From: Ostreococcus lucimarinus
Lineage: Eukaryota
Direction: 5' to 3' (one strand)
NCBI GenBank assembly: GCA_000092065.1
Contig: CP000601.1
Length of the DNA stretch: 64,000 bases
Part shown: in pieces, positions 30,184 through 38,130 of the stretch
How the letters are laid out: the number at the start of each line of letters is the position of its first letter
How positions within the stretch are numbered: the first letter of the stretch is position 1
Program-made: the position numbers and the translations under genes
The notes under the pieces: model-generated
Seen by the model: the letters and a program-made list of their open reading frames with translations, nothing else
Told to the model about the DNA's origin: nothing
Database searches by the model: none

Positions 30184-31413
30184 ATGCGCGCGGCGTTCGG
30201 CGACGGCGCGCCGGGATTCAAATTCCAATTCCACGCGCGCGGAAAGCGACGCGAGACGACGACGCGCGCGACGCGCGCGCTCGCCGCGGCGACGCTCGCG
30301 GCGACGGTGACGACGGCGACGATGTCGCGCGCGAGCGCGCGCGGCGCGGAGGCGTCGACGTCGGCGAAACGACGCGAAGGGACGCGAGAGGAGGCGCGCG
30401 CGCGAGCCGCGAGCGGGACGACGGCGACGACGACGCGAGACGCGACGAGAGGGAGGACGCGAATCGCGAGGGACGCGAGCGAGGACGCGCGAACGACGGC
30501 GGTGTGGGTGACGACGACGGCGGGCGCGCTGGCGGGCGCGACGGCGCGCGTGTGCGTGGCGCCGTTGGACGTGATTAAGATTCGGTTGCAGGTGCAAGTC
30601 GAGCGAGGCGCGAGCGGGAAGTATCGAGGGCTGGCGGACGCGACGCGGACGATACTGCGCGAGGAGGGGGGGCGCGCGATGTGGGCGGGGACGGTGCCGG
30701 CGCTGCTGCTGTGGGTGCCGTACACGGCGATACAGTTCACGGTGTTGAATAAGTTTAAGGAGGCGGCGAGGGAGCGGGAGCGCGCGAAACCGGGATCGAC
30801 GGCGGGACTGCCGGTGAGTTTCATCGGTGGCGCCGCCGCGGGATCGGTGGCGACGGTGGCGACGTACCCGTTCGATGTCATTCGAACGTTACTGGCGAGT
30901 CAGGGTCACCCGAAGGTGTATAATAACGTGTTCGACGCCGCGCTCGGCGTCGTTCGCGAACGCGGCGTCGCCAAAGGTTTGTACGCGGGCGTCTCCGTGA
31001 CGCTCGCCGAGATCGTTCCCGCGAGCGCGGTGCAGTTCGGCTCGTACGCTGCGTTGAAATCAAACCTCCCCGAAGTGTTCGGGGAGAACGATTTCGCGTG
31101 CGGGTTCGCCGCGGGCACCATCGCGCGGCTCGTCATTCACCCGCTCGACGTCGTCAAGAAACGATTCCAAGTCGCCGGATTCTCTCGAAGTTTAGCCTAC
31201 GGCCAACGCGTCGACGCGGGCGCGTACAAAAGTTTCTTCGCCGCCGTGCGAACGATCGCGCGCAGCGAGGGCGTGGGTGGGTTTTACAAGGGCTTGATGC
31301 CGAGTCTGATCAAGTCCGCCCCCGCGAGCGCGATTACTTTTAGCGTCTTCGAAGCCGCGCGACGGTTGTTAGAGCGCGCCGCGGACGACGACGACGAGGC
31401 GCCGCGACGATAG
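30184..31413 (+). CDS. TPC: Mitochondrial carrier family protein, thiamine-pyrophosphate-carrier-like (SLC25A19/TPC1-type) with a long low-complexity N-terminal extension
   Basis: Carrier repeats APLDVIKIRLQVQ..YRGLADATRTILREEGGRAMWAGTVPA; YPFDVIRTLLA; HPLDVVKKRFQV..GFYKGLMPSLIK. An ATG at 30184 is present; an alternative start is the ATG at 30322 (MSRASARG..). The first 130 aa are T/A/R-rich. Confidence 0.8.
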   Translation: MRAAFGDGAPGFKFQFHARGKRRETTTRATRALAAATLAATVTTATMSRASARGAEASTSAKRREGTREEARARAASGTTATTTRDATRGRTRIARDASEDARTTAVWVTTTAGALAGATARVCVAPLDVIKIRLQVQVERGASGKYRGLADATRTILREEGGRAMWAGTVPALLLWVPYTAIQFTVLNKFKEAARERERAKPGSTAGLPVSFIGGAAAGSVATVATYPFDVIRTLLASQGHPKVYNNVFDAALGVVRERGVAKGLYAGVSVTLAEIVPASAVQFGSYAALKSNLPEVFGENDFACGFAAGTIARLVIHPLDVVKKRFQVAGFSRSLAYGQRVDAGAYKSFFAAVRTIARSEGVGGFYKGLMPSLIKSAPASAITFSVFEAARRLLERAADDDDEAPRR

Positions 31414-31525
31414 GTCGCGACGGCGAACGCGTTAGGGATCGGGACGCCGCGTCCCGAAGATGTAGAAGAGTCAGAGCCAGTCGCAGTGAGTCGAGCGCGG
31501 TCGAGCCGACGCCGTCCCGCACAAG

Positions 31526-32698
31526 ATGACGCTTTTCGACGAAGAGATCGCGCGCCTCGACGTCGAGCGCGCCGATCTCGCCGCGCGCGCTGCCCGAGAG
31601 ACCGACGACGGTCGTCGCGCGTACGTCGACGCGATCGTCGCGCGCGTCGAGCGCGCGCGCGCGACGCTCGCCGCCGCCGCCGCCGCAGATTCGGGTGTCG
31701 AAAAACCGACGACGACGGGACGCGACGTCGCGCGCGTGCACGCGCGCGATCTCACGCCGCGACGTTTTCGACTCGAATACGTCGCCACGGATACCCCGGT
31801 CGTGATCGAGGGGCTCGGGAGCGCGCTGACGGAGGACGGCGCGGACGGCGAGACGTGCGCGTGGTTGACGCGGCGCGCCGGGAATAAAAAAGTCGCCGTC
31901 ACGAGGAAGGATGGTCACCGACGCGCGACGCTGTCGTGCGAGGTGACGGACGTTTTGGATTTAAAGGACTTTTTCGCGGAAGTCGTGGACGATCGAGGGG
32001 CGGGGAGTTACTTGTACGACACGTCGATTCCGCTCAAGCTGCCGTCGTTGTCGGAGAGCGTGCGCGTACCGGCGTACGTGGCACACGATTACATGCAGCG
32101 CACGATGCGATTGACGGCATTTTCACGGTCGTGGCCGAGCTTGTTTGTCGCCGCGAAGAACACGCGATCGTCCCTGCACGTCGATCAGTGGCAGGGGCAC
32201 TTTTTCATGGCCGTGGTGCGCGGCACGAAGCGATGGACCGTCTTCTCGCGCGAATCGCTCGCGTTTTTACGGCCGAGCTGGTCGCGCGGCACGCTCGATC
32301 CCGCGATGCCACCGTTGGAGGAACAAGAAGAGATGGGAATGTTACCGCTCCCGCGTGAATTCGGCGCGCGCCGATGGGACGTCGATCTTGGCCCGGGCGA
32401 GGTGCTTTTCGTGCCGGGCGGCTCGCCGCACGCCGTTCGAAACCTCGATTGCACGGTGGCGTTCGCGGGAAACTTCGTCGACGACGTCAATCTGGACCGC
32501 GTGTTGGAAGATTTAAAGCTCATGGCCGCCAAAGATCCCGCGTTGATGGAGAGCTACCGAGCGCTCGACGAGGTGGATTTCGACGACGAAGGCGCCGCGC
32601 TCGCGGCGGGCGACGACGACGTCCACGCGGGCGCGTTCGACGCGAACGCGCGCGTCGTGCGAGTCGCCGATTATCTCGCGGGGGGGCGACTCGTGTGA
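31526..32698 (+). CDS. JmjC-domain (cupin) protein, HSPBAP1/JMJD-like 2OG-Fe(II) oxygenase
   Basis: JmjC core SSLHVDQWQGHFFMAVVRGTKRWTVF .. GEVLFVPGGSPHAVRNLDCTVAFAGNF (the H-x-D...H Fe-binding pattern). ATG at 31526. Confidence 0.8.
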   Translation: MTLFDEEIARLDVERADLAARAARETDDGRRAYVDAIVARVERARATLAAAAAADSGVEKPTTTGRDVARVHARDLTPRRFRLEYVATDTPVVIEGLGSALTEDGADGETCAWLTRRAGNKKVAVTRKDGHRRATLSCEVTDVLDLKDFFAEVVDDRGAGSYLYDTSIPLKLPSLSESVRVPAYVAHDYMQRTMRLTAFSRSWPSLFVAAKNTRSSLHVDQWQGHFFMAVVRGTKRWTVFSRESLAFLRPSWSRGTLDPAMPPLEEQEEMGMLPLPREFGARRWDVDLGPGEVLFVPGGSPHAVRNLDCTVAFAGNFVDDVNLDRVLEDLKLMAAKDPALMESYRALDEVDFDDEGAALAAGDDDVHAGAFDANARVVRVADYLAGGRLV

Positions 32699-32808
32699 TG
32701 GGATGGATGTCTCGCGTCGCGTCTCGGAGTTCGGGACGAGGGGTTCGCGGCGTCGTGAAAAAGTGACAAAAAAATCAGGGAAGCCGAGCTCCCCCCATGG
32801 GGGTGAAT

Positions 32809-33036
32809 CTCACAGCGATAAATTTTTTAAAGTACTATCCGTCACCCCGAAACGACGAAAGTCACAGTGTTGTCGTGTCGCTTTTCCATCACGGACAATC
32901 GGGTGTGGGAAAAAGTAAGGTGTGATGTCGACACATCTCTTCCTGCGGGTTTCGATCCCGCGGCTTCCAGATCTCTATCGGAGCAGCCGTCATATTCGAC
33001 GGAGACTTTTTCCTAACAGTCTGACACTCTACCAGC
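32809..33036 (+). repeat. 228-bp dispersed repeat, copy 1 of 2 (same orientation as copy 2; about 98.7% identical)
   Basis: Alignable base-for-base with 38744-38971, with three mismatches. Contains a ZDRE-type palindrome ATGTCGACAC at 32925-32934, several hairpins (CCGTCATATTCGACGG; GCGGGTTTCGATCCCGC) and a T-arm-like GGATCGAAACC on the minus strand. Immediately preceded by the 13-bp palindrome CCCCCCATGGGGG. Confidence 0.85.
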
Positions 33037-33066
33037 AAAATTGTTTACAGAGATACCGCGACGAGA

Positions 33067-33530
33067 TTGAAGCAATACAAGGAACTCGATGGGCACCTGA
33101 TGAACGCCTCCGTGTGGGACGAGTATTTGACCCCAGAGATGCTCAGTCTGTATAATCCCGAAACAGACCAATTCGAGGAGCCCAAGCACTGGCTAAATGG
33201 GAAGCGTGTAGGAATTGCAATACTGGCGGATGATGTAAAATCGAGTCCGTTGCTGTCTAACAAAGCCTGGCGCAACCTGTGTATCAAATGCCGCCACCTT
33301 GGATCCTTCCCTGACAGTTCTCCACCAATAGGGTGCTCGATTTTCTGCGCGAGGTCAAGGACGCCGACGCGACGCTCCCAGACAAGTTGAAAGCCGAGGT
33401 ACCGACCATGCTTCAGAAAGGCGTGCGCGCGTATCTGGATTAAGCTTCACAAGTACCGTGGTGTGGGTAACATCTGGGACATCTTATCGAAATAATTCAT
33501 CGATGTTCGCCAGGAGATCGAGGAACAGGT
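33067..33530 (+). pseudogene. Decayed gene fragment(s): protein-like translations that switch frame, no intact ORF
   Basis: Frame 1 reads MKQYKELDGHLMNASVWDEYLTPEMLSLYNPETDQFEEPKHWLNGKRVGIAILADDVKSSPLLSNKAWRNL... A second frame reads ..RVLDFLREVKDADATLPDKLKAEVPTMLQKGVRAYLD*. These are non-repetitive, protein-like sequences separated by a frameshift and stops. No homolog recognised, so this is speculative. Confidence 0.25.
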
Positions 33531-33666
33531 GCCGTAAATTACGAAGAGCGTTTCGATTTACAATTTATATGATCCTCTAGCTTGAAAAATAGATCTCCGT
33601 CAGTGGCCGTGGGTGTGTTTGCCACAACTTGATTTGATAGTAATTGACATTTTTTTACCGCTCTCA

Positions 33667-35100
33667 TTAGTGCGCGTGTGCGTGTGAGTCTCCGCCACCG
33701 CCACCGCCTGTGCAATGCTTGTGGTTGAGGAGCACGAGACTGATGGCAACAACGCCGACGATGAAGGTGAGAATGCTCGTCGCGCGAAGACGAGGTGAAG
33801 TGGCGCTCACTGATACTCGGGGCATGCACTCTGCGGCGGCGATTTGCAGATAGACTCCAGCACCGAAGGCGAGCAGCAGTCCATGCCAGAAGTCGTTGTT
33901 ATTTCCCGATCCAACACTAATGAGGACGCCAAGAATGACACTCAAGCCGGAAACGAAGTTTAAAGTCAGCGTCGGCAACGGCGCGAGATCGCCCTGGAAG
34001 GGGTCTACGAGCACCAAGTAGTCAGCAAGCTCTTGAGCGATTTCGTGATAGACGGTCGCGGCGGTGATCGACCATCCCATGGTACTGTCGCAGTTCAGAA
34101 AGCCGAAGCCAATGAAAATACCATCCACTAGGTTGTGCATGAAATCTCCAAGAATGATACCACTTCGAACGCGATACTTGTGTGAGTTACAAGTACAAGT
34201 ATCACAGTCATCTTGAGCGCCTTTGACTGCAAGTTCCGCATCGGTTGTCTTCGCTGTATTTCCAAGAGTTGGGAACACGACAGAGATACCAAAGTCGATG
34301 AAGTAGGCCATGAGAAAGCCGAAGATAGAAGCGGAAGCCCACCATGCGGTCTGCTCTGCCTCATCCGAGCCAGCAGGTTTGATTAAATGCGTGGCTTCGT
34401 AGAACATCAGATAAAACGCAGCCGAAAGAAGTGCGCCGGCGGCAAACGAGTTAATTGTGCAACTCACAGTTTCAGGGTACGCTTTCTGCTTCTTAGCGAT
34501 ACTCGGGATGAGAAAGACCACACCAGAAAGTGTGACGATATTGACGATAATTGCCGCCCCAATGGCGTTGGCCCACGGTTTTGATTTCGATTCGCTCACG
34601 GTGGATGCTTCGGGAAGTGAAGCTTTTGGCACCACGTCATCTCCGTGGAGGTCCTTGAGATAGTGCGCGTCGCGCTCGAACTCGGTGGGAACGTGCTCAG
34701 CGAAGATTGAGATCGCGTCGATGCCAGTCGTATTAATCTTAAACGGCGTCGTGTGCCAGGTGTTGTCAAATTCAAGGTTGACACACCCACTATCAGGTGT
34801 CAAAACACTATCTCGTATCTTAGCCGTCGTACAAGCTCCCCCGATTGCGGTATCACCGCTATCCTCGCGGGCTTCGAGCTCGTCGTGTCCGGCGGCGATT
34901 TCGTCGTAGATGACCATTTTCATGGTATCGGCGGCGTACTTATCGGCCACCTTTTGCGCCTGCCACACGTATTCATTCTCTGGCGTCTCAAAGATTCCAG
35001 CCCATTCGAATGCGTGCGCGCCGGACGCGTGCGCGCCGCGCTGCGCGAGCGCGCTCGCGACGATCGCGATGCCACCACCGAGCGCGCTCGCGCAGCGCAT
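33667..35100 (-). CDS. ZIP: ZIP-family (ZRT/IRT-like, SLC39) divalent metal (zinc) transporter with an N-terminal signal peptide
   Basis: Signal peptide MRCASALGGGIAIVASALAQRGAHA. Large extracytosolic N-domain, then ZIP TM core with the signature HNLVDGIFIGFGF and HEIAQELADYLVL. Cytosolic loop with CDTCTCNSH, and a C-terminal GGGGGGDSHAHAH. ATG is the reverse complement of 35098-35100; an alternative upstream ATG at 35196 would put MTNENTKNTKTT.. before the signal peptide. Codon usage is atypical for this genome: C/T-ending GCC, GAT, GGT, ACT rather than GCG/ACG. Confidence 0.8.
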   Translation of the reverse strand: MRCASALGGGIAIVASALAQRGAHASGAHAFEWAGIFETPENEYVWQAQKVADKYAADTMKMVIYDEIAAGHDELEAREDSGDTAIGGACTTAKIRDSVLTPDSGCVNLEFDNTWHTTPFKINTTGIDAISIFAEHVPTEFERDAHYLKDLHGDDVVPKASLPEASTVSESKSKPWANAIGAAIIVNIVTLSGVVFLIPSIAKKQKAYPETVSCTINSFAAGALLSAAFYLMFYEATHLIKPAGSDEAEQTAWWASASIFGFLMAYFIDFGISVVFPTLGNTAKTTDAELAVKGAQDDCDTCTCNSHKYRVRSGIILGDFMHNLVDGIFIGFGFLNCDSTMGWSITAATVYHEIAQELADYLVLVDPFQGDLAPLPTLTLNFVSGLSVILGVLISVGSGNNNDFWHGLLLAFGAGVYLQIAAAECMPRVSVSATSPRLRATSILTFIVGVVAISLVLLNHKHCTGGGGGGDSHAHAH

Positions 35101-35325
35101 CGTTCGCCCTCGTCGTCGCTCGACCGTCCTCGCACCGCGTGCGCGTTCGCGCGGCGGCATCGTCGTCTTCGTGTTCTTCGTGTTTTCGTTCGTCATCGTT
35201 TCCGTCGTCGTCGTCGTCTTCGCCGGCGTCGGTAAGTGCGGCTGCGCACAAACTAAAGCGGCATACGAACCGAACCGGCGCGATGGAGGGCGGTCGTTTA
35301 TAAGTCACGACTCGCGAACGACAAA

Positions 35326-35482
35326 ATGTCGACATCCGCCGCAGTGTCGACACATCTCGGTGGTACTTGGATATGTCGAAATATGTCGACATGTGCGTCG
35401 AGACGTTTTTCGTATATAGATGCATCACGGGGTTCAATGCGTACACGCGCGTGGGTAAATATGTCGACATGCGTGTCGACAT
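35326..35482. promoter_or_regulatory. Cluster of five perfect Zinc-Deficiency-Response-Element motifs (RTGTCGACAY) in the shared ZIP/COG0523 divergent promoter
   Basis: ATGTCGACAT at 35326-35335. GTGTCGACAC at 35344-35353. ATGTCGACAT at 35383-35392, preceded by the half-site ATGTCGAAAT. ATGTCGACAT at 35461-35470. GTGTCGACAT at 35473-35482. All are 10-bp palindromes matching the Arabidopsis bZIP19/bZIP23 ZDRE consensus. They lie 130-380 bp upstream of the ZIP ATG and 180-330 bp upstream of the COG0523 ATG. Confidence 0.6.
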
Positions 35483-35546
35483 GTTTACGACGCGCGTCGC
35501 GACGCGATCCGTGATGGGCTTCGCGGGGCGTCGCGTACGACGATCC

Positions 35547-35589
35547 TCGACACGTGCACGACGCGAATCGTCGACACGTGCACGACGCG
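35547..35589. promoter_or_regulatory. Duplicated 19-bp motif TCGACACGTGCACGACGCG (half-ZDRE fused to a CACGTG G-box/E-box), 70-110 bp upstream of the COG0523 ATG
   Basis: Two copies separated by 5 bp: 35547-35565 and 35571-35589. Each contains CACGTG, at 35551-35556 and 35575-35580. Confidence 0.4.
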
Positions 35590-35658
35590 CGCGCATCGCC
35601 GCACTTCGCGACGCCTCTTCGGCTCGTTCGCGCGCGGAGACGTCGATCGCCGTACATC

Positions 35659-37299
35659 ATGTCCACACCCGCCGCAATCGCCAATCATAATCGATTGCCG
35701 GTGACAACGCTGTGCGGGTTCCTCGGCGCTGGGAAGACGACAACTCTGAAACGCGTGCTCGAAGCTAAGCGAGACGCGAACGGAAAGTTTCGGTGTGCCG
35801 TCGTCGTGAACGACGTCGCGGAGTTGAACATCGACAAAAAATTAATCGATGATTCCGCTTTGCTGCAGAGCGACGAGGTGGTTGCCATGCAGAACGGATG
35901 CGTGTGCTGTTCGTTGAGCGGAGACTTTGTAAAACAAATCGGGGACATGGCCAAGAGTGGCAATTTTGACTACATGATCGTAGAGGCATCAGGAGTGTCG
36001 GAACCGGCGGAAATTGCGAAACTCTTCGCAAATTGTGAGGACGATCACGATCATGAAGCTGCGCACGTTGATGAGCATGAACATTTGAGCACACTGGCGC
36101 GGCTGGATACGTGCGTGACGGTCATCGCTGCAGGTGACTTTCTCGACATGATTGATTCTTTCAGGGCGTCAGCTGTGAACAGGCAGTCTTACTCTCAATT
36201 GTTGGCTGAACAGATAGAGTACGCGAATGTCGTCGTATTGAACAAGGTCGACACTGTCGATGACGAACAACTCGCCGAGATTAAAGCGCAGATACAACTT
36301 CTCAATTCACGTGCTGATATTCTTGAAGCTGTGAACGGCGCGATCGACGTTACGCGAATCGTCAATACAAAACTTTACAAAGAGAATGACTTTGCTGGTT
36401 TCATAACATGGGAACAAGAGATAGAAGCAACATCTGTGAAGTCATGCTGCGCCGGCGCTAGGGACAAAGGTGAGTCTCCATGCTGTAAGCGAGCTCGCAT
36501 GAGAGAAACAGCCTTAAGCGAGGTCACGCTTGCACCAAGTTCTTCCCAAACACGTCACGATAGTCGGTTCGGTATTACGTCTTTCATTTACCGAGCCAGA
36601 AGACCTTTTCATCCCAAACGGTTTTTAGGCTCATTTGTCGAGCGCTTCTTCAGCTCCCTCGAGGCCGATGACCGTGATGAAGAAAAAGATGAAGAGACAC
36701 CAAGTGTAGACTGGAGTGCAGTGAAAGATATTCGAGCGCGACAAGAAGCGATGAAACTCAAGCGCCGTAAAAGGGAAGGTGAAATTGGTGTGCTGCTACG
36801 TTCGAAGGGTGTAACGTGGCTCAGTGATGCCCACGACTTGATAATTGTTTTCAGTCAGGCTGGTAATATTTACTCTCTCGAAGGATCAAGCCGATGGACC
36901 GCGCTGAATAAAAATGCTTGGGTCGGCTCACAGGGGATAAAGCAAGAACTTCGTAAAGACTGGGAGGGGCCTTATGGTGATCGCCGACAAGAACTGGTGT
37001 TCATTGGCAAGGATCTTAAATACGATGAAATTCAATCAACGTTGGACTCTTGCCTCTTGACCGACGAAGAATTCGAAATGGGTTCTGATGGCTGGAGAGC
37101 AGTCATGGGTGATGTCTTTCTAGACGAAGACGACGAAGACGAAGACGACGAAGTCGATGACGAAGACGACGAAGAAATCGACGAAGATTTGGTCGACGAC
37201 GAGGAGATCGAAGAGGAGATCAGGCCGCAACCCACTTCAAAGTCGAAGGCAAAACCAAAGGCAAAGTCGGCGCCCTCTCAAAACGACGGCTTAGTCTGA
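35659..37299 (+). CDS. ZNG1: COG0523/CobW-family GTPase (ZNG1-type zinc metallochaperone) with a His-rich linker and a long poly-acidic C-terminal tail
   Basis: ATG at 35659. P-loop GFLGAGKTT, metal-binding GCVCC, switch/NKVD motif VLNKVD. His-rich stretch EDDHDHEAAHVDEHEHL. CobW_C domain GITSFIYRARRPFHPKRFLGSF .. WLSDAHDLIIVFSQAGNIYSLE. Acidic tail DEDDEDEDDEVDDEDDEEIDEDLVDDEEIEEE. Atypical codon usage with many A/T-ending codons. The internal GTGAGT..TTTTTAG is not an intron, because the in-frame read-through encodes the conserved CobW_C motif. Confidence 0.85.
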   Translation: MSTPAAIANHNRLPVTTLCGFLGAGKTTTLKRVLEAKRDANGKFRCAVVVNDVAELNIDKKLIDDSALLQSDEVVAMQNGCVCCSLSGDFVKQIGDMAKSGNFDYMIVEASGVSEPAEIAKLFANCEDDHDHEAAHVDEHEHLSTLARLDTCVTVIAAGDFLDMIDSFRASAVNRQSYSQLLAEQIEYANVVVLNKVDTVDDEQLAEIKAQIQLLNSRADILEAVNGAIDVTRIVNTKLYKENDFAGFITWEQEIEATSVKSCCAGARDKGESPCCKRARMRETALSEVTLAPSSSQTRHDSRFGITSFIYRARRPFHPKRFLGSFVERFFSSLEADDRDEEKDEETPSVDWSAVKDIRARQEAMKLKRRKREGEIGVLLRSKGVTWLSDAHDLIIVFSQAGNIYSLEGSSRWTALNKNAWVGSQGIKQELRKDWEGPYGDRRQELVFIGKDLKYDEIQSTLDSCLLTDEEFEMGSDGWRAVMGDVFLDEDDEDEDDEVDDEDDEEIDEDLVDDEEIEEEIRPQPTSKSKAKPKAKSAPSQNDGLV

Positions 37300-37399
37300 T
37301 GTCTTTCTAGGTGACACTGAAGCGGAACAGGGTGGAGATGTGGACTCGGGCAACTCTTCCGACATGTAAGCTTGTCCTTTATAGTGAGCCCACACCGAT

Positions 37400-37696
37400 G
37401 TGAGCGCAAGTCATTTTTATGCACACAGTGACATCTTCATCGAATACCAGACGTGGTTGCCAGCGGCTGCGCGCGGTCAAGATAGCGCGACGAAGGTCGG
37501 CAATAAGCTCAAGGACTTCTTCAAGAAGGAAAAGGGCCACAGGGTCCCAATGGAAGAGGACCACCTGAGGCAAGGTAGAGACGAGAAGGGCGTCTATTGG
37601 GAAATTCACCGCGACGGGTGCTTCGAGTGGCTGAAGGACAATGGGTACACAGGGGAGACGGAGCTCGCGCCGGCGGTCGTCTGGTGCTCATACTAA
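37400..37696 (+). CDS. Small hypothetical ORF (98 aa) inside the atypical cassette
   Basis: MSASHFYAHSDIFIEYQTWLPAAARGQDSATKVGNKLKDFFKKEKGHRVPMEEDHLRQGRDEKGVYWEIHRDGCFEWLKDNGYTGETELAPAVVWCSY. Non-repetitive and protein-like. No family recognised. Lies between the COG0523 gene and a MITE-like element. Confidence 0.25.
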   Translation: MSASHFYAHSDIFIEYQTWLPAAARGQDSATKVGNKLKDFFKKEKGHRVPMEEDHLRQGRDEKGVYWEIHRDGCFEWLKDNGYTGETELAPAVVWCSY

Positions 37697-37761
37697 TTTT
37701 GTAATTCGTACATTTGCAATATGAAGACTCAACGAGACACCAAAAAGACCATGGTTTGGAT

Positions 37762-37942
37762 CCTGACGAAATGACGAATGACGAACTGTTTTCATAAAGG
37801 TCCACACTGTTGCTTGTCATAGATCTAAAATAAAAATAAACATTAAAATATTTTAACATTTCGTCATTTTCATCATTGGTACACACAAAGTGTCACCGAA
37901 CGACGGGTTGACGAATTTGTGGACGACAAAACAAGTTCGTCA
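37762..37942. mobile_element. MITE-like element: 181-bp AT-rich segment bounded by 17/18-bp terminal inverted repeats
   Basis: Left end CCTGACGAAATGACGAAT at 37762-37779. Right end TTCGTCATTTCGTCAGG at 37926-37942. The right end's reverse complement is CCTGACGAAATGACGAA, 17 of 18 matching. The interior is AT-rich (..ctaaaataaaaataaacattaaaatattttaac..) with further GACGAA/TTCGTC palindromes. No coding capacity. Confidence 0.4.
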
Positions 37943-38130
37943 TTTCGTCAGGTCTCGACGGATCACGAACGTCCAGGTGTGAAATCAGGCGGTTCGGTAT
38001 CTACATTCCGGACCTTGCAGCCCACGCAGCGATACGCGTACCTATGGTCTCTCGGATGTGACTGCAAACCGCAGGAGGAGGCACTTTTGGCAACAATATT
38101 TTCTTAGGGATAGATAGGTAACCAGGACAA

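Noticed and set aside
32793-32805. 13-bp perfect palindrome CCCCCCATGGGGG immediately left of repeat copy 1
   Set aside because: A single occurrence containing an NcoI-like site. It could be a chance or insertion-junction feature, with no second copy at the other repeat. Noted but not interpretable.
32809-33036. A bona fide tRNA gene (initiator tRNA-Met) inside the 228-bp repeat
   Set aside because: Only a T-arm-like hairpin is present. There is no acceptor stem complementary pair, no D-arm and no anticodon arm in register. A tRNA-derived SINE or pseudo-tRNA remains possible and is reported as a hypothesis instead.
36466-36626. Apparent canonical intron inside the COG0523 gene (AAAG|GTGAGT ... 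TTTTTAG|G)
   Set aside because: Read-through translation is in frame and encodes the conserved CobW_C motif GITSFIYRARRPFHPKRFLGSF. Splicing would delete it, so the splice-like signals are coincidental in this AT-richer gene.
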